A DNA stretch of 64,000 nt from Amoebophrya sp. A120. Its lineage: Eukaryota > Protista > Dinoflagellata. The notes under the pieces were generated by a model. The model made no database searches and was not told the DNA's origin. It saw only the letters and a program-made list of their open reading frames with translations. The position numbers were made by a program, and so were the translations under genes. Below are positions 47,701 through 60,951 of this stretch, one piece after another; position 1 is the stretch's first letter, and each line of letters begins with the position of its first letter. The stretch covers positions 9,989,979 to 10,053,978 of the forward strand of contig CAJINV010000003.1 in the NCBI GenBank assembly GCA_905178155.1, given 5' to 3'.

Positions 47701-50700
47701 GCGTTGGCGTTCTATGAATTCGCGGCCGAGACCCAGAGCGTTTCTTCCACGCGTGCGCTTATAAATATGTAGTGAGGTCACAGGCCTGCTAGTCTTGCGG
47801 CTTTTTTGCCCCGTCCCACGCAAAATGGCCGGCAGCTTTCAAGCGGCCGGGAGTGCTTATACACATACATTTATGAGTTTTCGTACATGCCTTCGGTTTC
47901 TAGAACATGGGCAAACGGGTTTTTACTTGTATAGCGACGCTGTAGTAATAAAATAATTTACAGACCACTTTTGTAAGACGACCTAATACATAAACAGGTT
48001 TAGGGTTCCGGCTTGTGTTCAGGCCCGAGAGGCGACCACACTGCTCTTTCCTAGTCGTGTGCCAGGTTGCGAACAGATGTAAACCCGCTCCTGTCTATCG
48101 AGGGACTGAGTAAGAGGCAACGCCAATCGCCACCTAATTCCCGTCCCGTCCCGGCAAAGTCTCTCGGTCTTGATCGAAGTAATGATGACTCTTTTCGGTT
48201 GGTTGCTCATCTCCGCGGGTCCAAGCTTCGGTGTTCCTAGAATATGGACAGACGCACTTGTGCATGTTTTTCGGTTCTGCTCGAGACCGGATATTCTTGG
48301 TCCTGGTTTTTTGTGCCGTCCGTTCACTTCCTTCGGTGCGGTATCGTGAATCTCGTCATTCGTTCAAGCCACAAGAAGTAGCGCACCACAGAAATCTATT
48401 AATTTCTCATGCTACTGCTCGTACACAATCTGAATCTCGTTCTTGGATTGCAAATGAAACGTCACCAGCATGCTGGAGCACTAGAAATTTTCCTTCATGC
48501 GAAGCACCTTAGGAAACTTACCTTCTGCTTCTCAACGTCAACGGGCAGCGACGCTTATGCACCTTCCCCACCCGATAATTTTATTTTGTTTTATGTTTGA
48601 GCAGTAGGTGGTTACCGGAAGTTACTCAGGCTTTCTCCTGACGCATTGTAGCAATACCGTAACAAAAGTAGTGGTATATATTATTTTAGGGGCGTATATC
48701 AAGTGCTACTACATTGGGTTTATTGGAACTATTATTGAGGAGTTTTCGCTGCACGCATAGAACCCTGTCCTCGAACGTGAACTCTTTTTCTGGTTTTGGG
48801 TGCTTGGTGTCGACGTCGAGTTTTTTTTTTCGCCGCTTTTTCTTTGACCCCCGAGAACTGCAGTCCTATTACAGCACTTCCTTTTTCGCAGGTGTCGACG
48901 AAAAAAGAGCAGGTAGGTATAATTTGGAGCTAACAGGAGGCACTTCAGGCGGAGGCACAGAATTTTGCTGCATTCGCTATAGTTCCATAGCAGTAAACGT
49001 AAATCCTCTAGGCTTTTCGTTGAATAGATTCGGGGAGTTCTTTTCCTCTGACCGTCGACGTTTGCGTGCTTTCGGGACAAAAACGCGTATGGTCGGATCT
49101 TCCCCCCGAGTTTTTTCCCTCTAACAGTAAGCTGCAAGAGGTATTTTTGATTTTTTGAACCCTATAGAGATAGTGCTCCTTGTCACTTCTTTTTCAACTT
49201 AGTTACGTCCGCCGCTGGAAAGCGAAACTCGTTATCTGAGTTTCCATAATCCAGTACATACATAAGGTTGAGTCGGGAAATAATAATACAACTTAAAGAG
49301 TAACAAGTCCGTGAAGCTCATTTGGATTTTGCGTTGCAGGCTATGTCTTCTCGAGGGAAAAAGAATCGCTGCCGCAACGAAGCGGAATTGATCGAAAACG
49401 CAATCGCCGTGGAGGCGCGGAAAAAATACATCACAACGCTGGTTCAGGAGCGCGCTTCTCTCGATTCCAGACTGGCCGAACGAGAACAGGAAATCGCCGA
49501 GGTAAAAAGCTGAACGTCACTAGAATCTGTTTTGTCACATTAGTCGATGTGCTGCATGTGCTTCTTTATTTGTCGTGGGTACTAAGGCATTCGCAGCGAC
49601 GTAGTGCGTAGGGTATAGCTCGTACCACGAGAGCTGGTACCGAGATTAGTATACAGTTTGCGTGAACTAAAAAAAAGTGACTGAGTGCAGTTGATGACTG
49701 ACACGCTATTAATATGTAGTGAGGTCACCGAACGGTTCCAACCTGGCAGTTTGCTTGACACTAACCGCCGAAAGCGACCGGCAGTTTTCAAGCCTACAGA
49801 GAGTTTTTTTGCATGAAAAAGATCACAGCGCGCCAGCCTGTTTGGGTTTGTTATCAACGCATCGCCTGCGGATTCTGTCGCTCGCCGGTGGATAAAATGA
49901 CGCAGGGGAGCCGGCAAAAGGGGCGACCTTCTGAGGCGCCCGCCGCTTGGGATTCCGGCGATTTGGGGCGCCCGAAAAAAGCGCGCCCAAAGCCAGAACA
50001 GCGAAGCCGCGCGGTATGGTCGCGACTTCGGAGCATTTTGGGCGGCCGCGAAAGCGGCCGCCTTTGCGGCTGTTTGTGATCGGGGGAAGCTTTGCAAAAA
50101 GCGCAGACGCGAAAAAGAAAAACGCAAAAAAGAAAAAGCGCGCCAGGTGCGCGAAGCCAATCCGCATGCTAAAGGTCCGACTTTTCTTCGTTTTTGGGCG
50201 CCCCCCGCGGCGCCAGGATCGGCCCAATAGCGCCGGGGCTGGCGTTCGGCCAAGAATTTTGGAAATTTGCCAAAAGCCCGCCACTTTTTCCAACTGGCCG
50301 CCATGCCGTGAGGCATAACGTTACCCACGGCGGCACGGCGGGCCCAGAAAAAGCAAAGTCGTGGCCAGAGCAGCGGTCGGCAAGAAAACACCACCGACCT
50401 CACTACCTCCGCCCCGGCGGCTATATTTCGTGACTGGATCTCCGGAGCATAGAGTCTGTGACTAATTGACTTGCGACGTCAAAGCTATCTGATGAAGCTG
50501 ATCAATCTGGGATGAATTTTTGATGTCAAAACCAGGCGATTATTAATTTATGATTGATACTAGCCACGTATGCTTCATCGCCTGCGGAAGTGTGAAACAA
50601 AATTCAATTACTCCGCTAGATCGAAAAACAAAAAAAAGAGCCAGAACAGGAGTTCAAAAATAAAAAACGAAAAGCCAGGGTCTGAAGCAGCTCCGTCCCG

Positions 50701-53700
50701 TTTGCGGTTGCGGTTGTGCGCAGATCTTGATTGCCATTGCGGTTGCAAGCAGTTTTTGCGGTTGTAAAGCGGATACGCGGCTGTGCTAACAGCCGTGGGC
50801 AGTTGTTGTGGCTGGAGTGGTTTTTGCGTCACTTTTCTGCATGAGCATGCCGTGGCTTTCAACATGCTTCGTGCCAAATTGTGGGTAGGTGTAGGTCTCC
50901 ACGGCAAGAAGAGTCCCGCGCTTTTCCACTCGATGCAGGCACTGAGTGTCGAGACCGTTTTGCTTAGGCCCGTTTGCTTCCCGCCAGCTCTTCAAGACTT
51001 TGAAAGCCTGGGGCGTCGTTCTTCCTTCCAGCGCCGAGCACGCTTTTTTCAGCCAGCTTCTTTTGACGACCCTGCCTGCTATTTTTGTTGCGTGTTGAAT
51101 TCAAAAGGTCTCAAAGTTCTGCTGTTGGCCCTCACCTTTAAGCTTTGCCTTTCCGCAGCTTCCACTTTTTGACTTTAGCCTTTACTTTTTACTTTTAGTT
51201 TTTACCCGTAGCTTTTTCTTTTTTTAGTTTTTACTTTTAGACTTTTTTCTTTTAGTTTTTTCTTTTAGGTTTTGCGTTTGGTTTTTTGTTTGTTTGTTTG
51301 TTCATGTTGGATACACGGAATCCGGGTGAAGAATAATTCTTCTCTCGTGTTGTTCTAGCGCTACTTGAAGAAAAAGCCAGTCTGACATAACCACTTTGGG
51401 CTTGCACTTGAGAAAAAGCTTAGACGTAGGAGCTGAAAAGTTAAAAAGTTTTTGGCGAAAGGTGAGAATCTACAACGAGCTGAAGCCTTTTGAAAAGTTA
51501 AAAGCTTTGCCGGAGTTGAAAAGGTTGCTGAGAGTCTATAAAAGTTTTCCTTGCCCTGTCGTAAAAAGAAAGCAAACGCTTTTGCAGCTTCCGAAACAGA
51601 GTAAGTTAAAAACTCGCCTGTGGGAAGAGCTGTTTTTGTGAAAAGAGAGCCGCTTTGTCAGGTCTTGTTGTTGTCGAAACTTACCTGAAAGCCCAAAAGT
51701 TACTTCGCAGAGAGAAAGTTTTGCTTTTTTTGTTTTTACTTTTTTTTTGAAGGTTTGCTACTGCCCACCTGGCTGTGGGTTACTTGTGCTGCAGATCCTC
51801 GGCAGGTCTGTCTTACGCCGAAACTCTAGTTTTTTCCATTGTTGCTTTAAAAGCAACAAGAAAAAAACTGCTCCTTTCCACAAAAGCAAGCTGAAAGGAG
51901 CAGTTTTTTTCTTGTGAAGTTGAAGGCGTTGTTTTGAAAAAGCACGAAAAACGACCTAGAAGTGCGCGACCAGTAATTTTTATTTTTGTCGAGGGGCTCG
52001 AAGTAGCACTATTTATGCTGCGTCGCGACCTGTGCGCGCCACCAGGATAACCTCACTCACCCCGTGGCCCTACAGTGTACGCGGAGGATAGTTGCAACCA
52101 ACCTTGCTCGCCAGTCCATCTTCGGTCTGCGTCGCCATCATATCATAGATATCACCACAGCCGCCGGCCCATCCCGGGTTGTCAGCCCTTGATGACTATG
52201 AGGCCGGGCGGCGTGGATCACTTCCGCGTCGGTGGATAAAAAAGATAGATACTTAGCGCGCGTTCTCAGGTGTGTGGTTACTCGCCCGCGGGCCGGGTGC
52301 CTGGCTGCGTGCTCGTTCGCCGCGCCTGGGGGTATTTTGTTCGTCCTCCCCTGTCGGTACTTCCACCTGATATCACTGCACTCCGGGCCCTAGTCGGATT
52401 GTCAGTCCGACTAGACTATGGCGGCCAGGCGCAGGTCACTGGCGGTGGTGCTTCTGTTCGGAAAGGTGGCCGCTTTTGTGCGCCCCCTGTGGCGCGCGGA
52501 CTTTCTGCGTCGGGTTGCTACGCAGCGTAGTAGCTGCCGGGGTCGCTCGCCCACCATAGGTGGCGGACGGCGGGGAAGGATCCGACCAACGGCGCCAGTA
52601 GTGTGCTGGCTCCTAGTAGCGCGCTGGCCGTCTGGTTGGGCTTGGCTTTACAGTCGTCGGGCGTCTCGACCCCCCACCACTTTAAAAACGCGCGCAGTCG
52701 TTTTTTTACTTTTGCTTTTTGTTTTTGTTTTTTGGCTTTTGCTTTCAGTTTGAAGTTGAAGCTGTGGAGTAATTGTTTGGCCATCACGACTTTAGTCGTA
52801 GCAAGGGATAGATTTGAATCTGGGCTGAAGTTTTTGAATTCTTTCTTCGAACTCTGCGAACTTTGTGAACTCTTAAGCCTTCGTGATATGATTTCGTAGA
52901 TATGCCTATCAATCCTCGTCAAAATGAATCGCATATAATCGACAGGCCTTCGCGAAGCAAATGCAGCAGGAGCGGGAGGAGCTCGAGCTGGCGAAGCAAG
53001 CTGCTCTGCAAGAATGCCAGCGCACGTTCCATGAGCGGGTACATTGGTTACACACAGTTGCATTCAATTGATGAACTCCATTTCCACATCAAGTATTCTG
53101 ATTTCAGTGTCACGATTATGGTTGCGTTTTCGATTTTGTTAGCTTTATTTGGTCGCAATTGAATCCGTACATATTTATGCCTGCTATACAATCATCAGGA
53201 ACTGGAGTTATTGCACCAGCTGAATGAAGAGCGCTTCCTACGAGGTTGGAATCGTCAGCCCCCTTCGCCAAATCATTTCTGCTTCTTGGCAGTAGATGCT
53301 CAAACGTTTTCGCATCCTGCAAATAGAATTTACCATATTGTAAATGTTTCGAGAGCCCGAGCCTGGCACAAAAAAAAGAAAGCTTTGCCATGCTCAGACC
53401 TCTACTCCGGGGAAGCTGAAGCTCATTGATTCACTTGCGTCCTCCCAATGTGCTTCCTTTGTGTTTGCAGGAATTCGTGTCGCTACTTTCACTGTGATTC
53501 GAGAATTCTTTATATCTGGAAGTAGTACGCTGTAAAAAAATAGAGCGTCCTCCCCTGAACAGTTGCGAGGCCTCTTCTATAGCGACGGTACGATCATCAG
53601 TATTGTTCATGTCGTTCTTGGCATATTGTAACAAAGCAAGAAGATTATATTTTGGGAAGAGGCTCTTGCCCGCGATATTACAAGACCGAGAGCACACGCG

Positions 53701-56296
53701 TCCAGCTCGAAGAAGAAACTGAGAAGGAGAAAAAGAAGACCCTCGAGAAGGTGGACCAGCTGAAGGAGCTGGAGCTGAAAAGACTGAAGAAGCGCGAGCG
53801 GCAGCTTATCAGCCAGAAAAGGGTTTGTTAGCGTATCACGTCATGCAAGAAAAACAGAAATTGAAAAAATCACAAGCTTATATGCAACATGGATGAGGTT
53901 ACCAAAAGTGCTTTTTTGCCTACCCCCAGGGGTTAGCATGTGCCGCTGGAGGCGGGCGTCCACTCGATGATGATGATGATGATGATGATACTCCAAGTCC
54001 AAGGAAGTAGCAAGGCAGGGGTCGGTAAGAGATATTCCAAGGCTTTGAATACGCCCCTAGATTCAAATGGAACAAATAGAAAGTATTGCGCGGGCGACCT
54101 CCTAGTGTTCGACTGTTAGCAACCCCTACGCCAGCGTCGCCTGTAGGTTTGCACAGCTCAGAAATTCCAATAGACGCTGCGCTAGATTCACAAACCAAGG
54201 AGGCAAGTGCCAAAGGCCTGGCGTGGACGGGAGCGCTCAACAGTGGGGCAGCGCGCCTTTCTCTTTAGGCGGAGAGCGGCAGAGAAAGCGGGGCGCGTTT
54301 CCCTTTCTGCTATGCGTGCGGCATTTTTCCGGGCGGGGAAAGTTTTTTATGTGCGCCGCGCGCGCGGGCCGGCGCCCTTCCGTCCGGGGCGTGCGGGGCT
54401 CTCGCCACACTTGGGGCGCGCACCCAGCGGGTGCGCGAAATTCGCCGGACGGTGTCTATGACAGGGGCCAAAAACGAAATCTGGGCTGTGGGCAGCCTGG
54501 CCAGAACGCTCCGCCGTTCTCTGCCGGAGTTGGGCCGCACATTCTAGGCGCGGGCGGGGCCTGCGAAAAATCTACGCGATTGCGTCGGGCAGCATGGGCA
54601 GCACCCCCGTGACTTTTTTCGTTGCTGACGAGAGCAGGCCCAGTCTAGCCTCTGGAAGCGATCTGCCACTGGGGTGGCGCCACGACAATCGCGCGCCCGG
54701 CGAGAGTGCCTCGCTTTTTCTTGTTTGGCTCCTTTAAGTTCAAGGCCGCGGCCCTCCTGCCTGTGTTTTGCTGCGGTTTTTGCACTCTTTTCTAGTGGAG
54801 GGACTTCTTCCGGCGTCGAAACCTTTGCCAAACATCTCAAGCCCCGCACTTACCCACTGCTGCCCAGATAAGTGCAGTGGCTCGACGGCTCTTTTACTTC
54901 AGTCGATTGGGTCTCTCCCTCACATAGTAAAAGACGCATTAGCTTGGCCTTGTCCTTGAGGAAGCCATTACATCGGGGCCGGCTGTTGCACACTCATCGG
55001 GGCCGACAGTTGCAGAGTATTCCTGTGGGGGCCGGCACATTTCGGAGCCTAGTAGGCCTCCTAAGGATCCGATCCCCATCAAACTCTTGGGCTTTGCTGG
55101 GCCTAGTCCCACACTCGAAGAAGTCGAAACTCAGACCCAGGTTCGACGTCGAAAGAGAAGCCCGCACCAATGAACGTCGGAACTCAACTCCAAACCCCAC
55201 GGCAAAGGTGCGACCCAAGCTAGAACTGAAACGCAATCCCAAGTGTCAAACAGATTCCAAGCTGAGACTGGACCTGAAAGCTGAAAAGAAAACGGAAATG
55301 GGTAGTTTTGTAATGACATAGCACTCACTCACACTCTCAGAGGGTGCCAGTATGCATATGCAAGGATGTGACTCTGCAGTGCGTCGCATACTCATTGATA
55401 TGTTGTAGCTATGCAAACTCTTTTCCGTGTGATGCAGCTGGACGAATACAAGAAGACGGAGGAGAAACGTTTCCGGCGAAAGCTCGAGGTGGAGAAAGAG
55501 AACCTAAAAAAGGAGCTGAGCGCGAAGCTCTTCGTTGAGAAGAAGAAGTACGTCACTCAGCTGGAAAAGAAGGAAAAGCAGCTGGAAAAGAAGAAGGAGG
55601 CAGAGCTGGCGGAGGCCCGCGAAACCATGGTGAATCAGCTCACCACCGTGAAGAAGAGCTTGGAAAAGGAGAAGCACAGCTACCAGGAACAGTTGAAAGC
55701 GAAGTTGGAGGACGAACAAAGATTCGAGCTGGAAAAAATCAAGCGCGCGTCGGAAGTGCCGGCGGAGCCTGATTGGGTGATCGTCTCGTGTCCCCACAAT
55801 CTGCTCACCGTTGTGGAACACTAGGCGAACACGTCGGCGCCACAATAATTCTGTTGCTCAAATGCTCCGACTTGAAACCTCCATGATCTTGATCGAAACA
55901 CAGCCAATCCGTTTTGCTCCAGGACTGCACTCAAAGTCAGGCCCTGCTTCCTAAGTGCTGCTATAAAATTCGGCATATATTCACTTGTGCACTTTTTTTC
56001 TAGGGGCGCCCATTTTGATTTAGAGTTATATATAGCGTTCTCATTTGCAAAAATGTTGTCTGATGCTATCACGTCCTTATTCACAACTTTCCACTGAGTC
56101 GCTCCGTTCTCGTCTCTGATTGCAGGTATATACACATTTAAGCTTTTTTACCATTTATTTTTATTGAGTAGGTATTACTAATTCTAATTCAACATCCATG
56201 TATCCTTTTATTTCATCTCAGACTCAGTCCACGCCAAAGCGCTGCCTCAGAAGTAGTGCCTGGCGCAGCAGGAGCGGAACGCGGCGCACCGAATGC
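44780..56296 (+). CDS. Large multi-exon coiled-coil (K/E-rich) protein, partial model
   Basis: Open exons, mostly AG/GT-bounded: 44780-45004, 49340-49501, 52946-53038, 53199-about 53244, about 53688-53822, 55438-55755, 56257-56296. They translate to heptad-like E/K/Q/L-rich helices. Further exons are likely upstream (37.8-43.5 kb) and downstream (about 56690). Confidence 0.7.
47439..47460 (+). other. Dinoflagellate spliced-leader (DinoSL) relic
   Basis: TCCGTAGCCATTTTGGCTCAGG versus the consensus DCCGTAGCCATTTTGGCTCAAG (21/22). Not followed by a GT donor, so unlikely to be an intact SL RNA gene. Confidence 0.9.
47625..47865 (+). mobile_element. Two tandem 5' fragments of the Helentron-like family
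   Basis: TATGTAGTGAGGTCAC at 47625 and 47766, each followed by a T-run and an AAAA(C/T)G(A/G)CCGGCAG motif. Confidence 0.75.
49713..50428 (+). mobile_element. Non-autonomous Helentron/Helitron2-like element, full copy B
   Basis: GTAGTGAGGTC (49716) with its exact inverse GACCTCACTAC (50396-50406), followed by the hairpin CCGCC-cc-GGCGG and CTATATTT, identical to the 3' end of copy A. Confidence 0.8.
51856..51915. repeat. Perfect 23-bp inverted repeat with a 14-nt loop
   Basis: ACAAGAAAAAAACTGCTCCTTTC (51856-51878) / GAAAGGAGCAGTTTTTTTCTTGT (51893-51915). Confidence 0.85.
53966..53989. repeat. (GAT)8 microsatellite
   Basis: Read directly from the sequence. Confidence 0.9.
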
Positions 56297-59036
56297 GTAT
56301 TTCCTCTGCAAAAGGCGACACGCGGGGGAAGAAGGCTTTTGCTAGTGTATTTCACAAGTATCAAAATTCCATTTACGATCACGTAGAAAAATTCCATTTA
56401 CGCATTCGTTGTGCATACGGGTAAGGACGCAAATCTATCCTACATGCTCCCCAAAAACGTAGCACCCAGTATCTATCCGCGAGATGTGAATTTTTTGACA
56501 AAAAAGACAAAGGACGCGACGTGTTGTTGTTGGGGATTCTTTTGACTATCACATTCACACAACAGAAGCAGATCAACAAATACTCGTAAGAGCGTGTCCG
56601 TACAGTTGCCTTCACGTAGTTGCAAACATCAGCCAGACGTTCGCTGAAAAGTAATTTCTTGTTTCTCCCACGGTTACTCCATGTCCATTCCGAGGAACGT
56701 AAAGCAGCCAAGCAAGCTATGGCGCAACTAGGAAGTAGACAACCGGAGAAAGAAGCACTACACTTAATACATCAATTGGGCCCGGTGGCGACTACTTAAC
56801 AACAAGTACATCAGGGCGATGCTCTCAATCCAGTGTCACGACAACGGATGTGAACCGGGCCTGCTTCGCCCAGCAGGATTTTTTCACGTCTCTAAAACTT
56901 CTTTTGATTCACTGCTAGCCTCGCACTGATTTACTTGTAATTTCTTATCGGCAACTTGAACTATATTTAGGTCTATAGGAAGTCGCTTAGTGCTCCCGAT
57001 TGTGATAAGCTGATGAGTTGTTCATGATCACATAAATCTTCGGCGGCCCCAAAATCCTCTACCTGACAAAGGGGAGGCGGAGCTTCAGTTCTTTCGTGCG
57101 GACTCGGGATGATATTTTTCCCCCCTCAACGCTTTCCCATCTGCTCTGAAAGCTGCGGAGGCTACTAAAAACCGTTCTACCTGAAAGATGTTGCACAGCA
57201 CTCCTCTGTTATGAACACGACGATGAAGATAGAAGTCGCCTTGGTGAATGAATAGAGTGGCTCCCTTCATCATACGTCAAAACGAACTACATTGCGTGTT
57301 CTGAAAAGCGATGCCCTAAGTTCTTGTCTCGTCTTATATGCCATTGATAAATGGTTGGAAATTATATATTATATATAAAGAAAGAAAACGGTGTTGTTCC
57401 TGTTGCTGTACGTGTTTTTGCGCGAAGGCTGCCGAACAACACTTTTCTTCCAACACAGCGTTTTTCTTATACGAAAATTCATTGCGTGGGTTGCGAGTGT
57501 AGACTTTATGCATGCTTGAAGGATCTGCGACGTATATGATTTTTCGGCTACTCCTGAAGAAACAGTTTGTTACGCCTGAAGAGGTACTCGCTCGCCCGAA
57601 GAAGCGAGCACACAACTGAGTGTGGGGCTACGTTCTTTCTTACACAGGATACGCGAAGGTGGCGAAAGCCAAGGCACCCCCAGCCACATTAGCCAATATT
57701 GTGGAGTGGATGTGTATCCGAGGAAAAAAACGGCTTCTGGGTAAGAATCGCGTGAAAAAATTTCCTGCGTGACAAAATGAAACTACAAGAATACCAAGAA
57801 CTTGTCATGCATAGCTACTGCGTGAAGCCAAGCCCCTCATAGAGAGACTGAATATATGGTTGTCCGACACCGGCGGCTTCGAGTTCGACAGACTCCCACG
57901 AGCACTGGTTTTTTTTTTTGGATAATGTGCTGCGCCCCGACGGGGTATTACAAATGAGTATGGCTGAGGTTGAAGTTCTTTGTGGTTTAGTAAGACAGCG
58001 CTAGAACAGCCGGCGGCTTCGGAGGTTTTCGAGCGTTTTTGAAAAGCGAAGCGCTCTTGGTTAACTGGGTTTGTGGCAAACGATTCGCGCGGAGGCTCCT
58101 TGGTTCGCGGGAAGAGAATACGATGCAGGGGTGCCATCTAAAGTGGCGCCCTTCGGAGGTGCTGGCGCTTACCGGGTTATACATAAAGTGCTATGATAGA
58201 GGAAAGAGTAAAAGATCAGAGATCCTTCAGAAGAAAACTCTACAGAGGACGTGCAGAAGGTTGAAAAAAACAGGCGTAGCAAATCATTGAATTTGGTCTC
58301 AGACAAAGCGCAGTGCTGTGTTTGTGTGTCTGGGTGTTGCCGCGCCTCGTGTGTCTCACCGACCTCGCCCCCCGTCTGTCAGTGGTGGCAGGCGTACCTC
58401 TCCGCCGCTGCCGAGCGAACGCCGGCCGTTCGCTGAGGCCGCCGGGCGATCGTTCAGACGATTGCCCGTCTCCGTCAGAACGTTGACGCAAAAGCGCTTT
58501 TACGGGAGTAATTTCGCAAGTTCTCGCTCGTGTTTAAACATTCATAAGGCCGCGCATAGTATCAATTGAGAAAAGAGCGCTGTGATTCTGGTTTGTTAAC
58601 CACAAAAATCAAACTGGCTCCAGCTCCAAAATTGATCCTGATTGAAAGCGTCCCCGCAACAGAGTCAAGATGGGACATCTGCCAGACAAATCAACCAGCT
58701 TTGGCTGTTTGGCATGACACGTTTTTCCTCGTAGTGTAATCCTGTTGAGGTAGTTTAGAAGCGTCACATATCTAGCTTAGCATGCCGATTCTAGCATCAC
58801 AAAGTTCAAAACACGACTAAAAAATGCGTATCATAGGGGTCCTCATGAGAAACTTTGTTGGCTTTCTGAATTGCATGACAGCCCGGGGGTGGGGATGTTT
58901 TTACACAGAATAACTTTTTCTTTTCTGAAGGTTTAGGTGTAAATGCCTATACCTACTGTAGAAGGAGTCTATCTTTGTTGTTACACATGAAGCACGCTGG
59001 GAAACTGAGTCATATTGCGGAAGAAGGGCCCCGTCT

Positions 59037-60179
59037 TTGAAGAGCAAACAATTTCAATTTGTAATCTTGCGAAGAGATCAAGATCATGTGCAAATACTAA
59101 ATCAGAATGCGTCGTCTCTTGGTCTTGTTGATTCCGGTGGACAAATGATGCAATTGCAAGCGAAAACTCAATTGAGAGGGCCCGCGTGCATGAATTCTCA
59201 CACTAGCGGCATTCGTGCAAGGCGTCGTTACCACTACGCGCGCGCTGTGGTGGGAAGCGTTGGAAGCAGTACAGATAAGGGTCGAGGGCGACCGGGTTCT
59301 GCAAAAAGAAGGTTCACGCACCTTTGTGCTGCAGCTGCAAATTCCTGTCGGCACCGGATAGCAGCGATGCTTTCCCGTATCCGCTCCCAAGCAGGCGATT
59401 CTTGTGTGGTGGAGCCTGCGATTATTGGCTCGTTTCGCTGCCGCGCCACTTACTCTGACACCGCGTTGCAAATACTGCGCAAAGCGTCGCGGTCGACGCT
59501 GTTGCGGTTCCTCGTACCGAACTTGTTAGGGAAACTACAGCAGAGAGCCCTACAACGCTGGGAGCTGGGTGCGGAGCCACTGTTGCGGGTCGACGCGAAT
59601 ACTTCGGTTCCGGAGCTCATCAAGCTCTCTACTGCACAGCGGGAGCGCGGACGCAGTGTGCGGAACCACTGGCATGTGCGGGCCGCTCAGCGGAAGTTGC
59701 TGCGGGCGTTGCACCAAGCACAAGAGCAGGCTGCGAGCAGTGAGACACTGACATTCGCTCGGACAGATTTGATTGGACTTGATCAGGCGGCCCCGTATAC
59801 GAACGGCTGCCGCCAAGGGCACGAGTGGGAGGATGTAGAGGAGTACCTCCGATTGCATGAAGGCAGTCGCCTTCGACGCAAGATTGGCGCGTGGATATGG
59901 AGGGGGCGGTCCCTGTCCCCTTCGCGGCCGCAACTTGTCCGCGGGCTTCTCCGCGAGGTGCTGCGCGCGTACCTTCTCCGGGAAAGTTATCGACGCTATC
60001 CCGCGGGAGGTTGCAGCCCCCAGCTTCCTGTCTGCCTTGCGAAAGACACGGTGCAGATGGTGATGATATCTCGTGTACTATGGACGTCCCCGCCCTTTAA
60101 TACTGGCGTTTATGCATGTCCAGAGCCTGTCCAGTGCGCCTACCCGTGGGAGGCATGGTCGAATGTATGTTGTTCCTAA
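59037..60179 (+). CDS. Hypothetical protein ORF (380 codons)
   Basis: 1.1 kb open frame in non-repetitive DNA, with in-frame ATGs near 59146. No family recognised. Confidence 0.45.
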   Translation: MKSKQFQFVILRRDQDHVQILNQNASSLGLVDSGGQMMQLQAKTQLRGPACMNSHTSGIRARRRYHYARAVVGSVGSSTDKGRGRPGSAKRRFTHLCAAAANSCRHRIAAMLSRIRSQAGDSCVVEPAIIGSFRCRATYSDTALQILRKASRSTLLRFLVPNLLGKLQQRALQRWELGAEPLLRVDANTSVPELIKLSTAQRERGRSVRNHWHVRAAQRKLLRALHQAQEQAASSETLTFARTDLIGLDQAAPYTNGCRQGHEWEDVEEYLRLHEGSRLRRKIGAWIWRGRSLSPSRPQLVRGLLREVLRAYLLRESYRRYPAGGCSPQLPVCLAKDTVQMVMISRVLWTSPPFNTGVYACPEPVQCAYPWEAWSNVCCS

Positions 60180-60951
60180 TTTTACATCCTTGCAACTCTA
60201 ATTGTAATTAACCGCCTAGGCATAGCTCTCCTGTCAGTACGCAGTCGGATTACCACACTGGGAACCTGCTACCCCCCGGCGCAAGCCGCCGGGGGTGTGT
60301 GTCGTGGTGCAGGGGGCGAGTCCATTCAGTGCCTGCAGCTGTGCACTAGAAGTTCTGAGGGCAAATGCAGAAGGAAGGGATCAACGCCGCCCAGTGGGGA
60401 GCCAAAGATAACGCCACTCCTGGGCCGGCTTCCAGAGCGCCAAAAGGTGGCCAGCTTTGTCAACACATGCTGGCGGAGCCGGGGCGCCAACAAAGCCGCG
60501 CGAGGTCGCATCTTCGGAAGCTTCGCGCGGCTCGCTGGGCACTTGCTTTGTTCATCTTGCAATAAAGACCGCGCCCGCGGCTGCCCGCGTGCGTTGCTTG
60601 ATGTTGAGGCCGCCCTAGTTGGCCGCCCTCGCTACGGCATGGCACCGCGCGCCCTCTGGGGCGCGCAGGGCGGCGCGGGAAATCATTTGAAGGACGGATC
60701 AAACGCATGGCGCCCATGGCCTGCCAGATGCGCCCTTCGGGTGTGCTCATGTTCCGGCGAAGCGACAGGCCCGCAACCGCAGCGACGGTCCGGGGGAGCT
60801 TGCGGGAGAGGCTCCGGAAGTAGAGTGGAAGGCCAGAAAAGGGCCCCGCTTGAATGTTTGCGGGAAGATTCAGGCTCGCCTGTGTGTTACCTTTGTGAAA
60901 CCTCGTCCCGGCCCCTACCCTGTTAACTTCACCAAGAGCGCGGCAACAAGT

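Noticed and set aside
53244-53687. Apparent GG...CC intron in the coiled-coil gene
   Set aside because: A canonical in-frame alternative (53245-53661) exists, and no homologue is available to decide between them.
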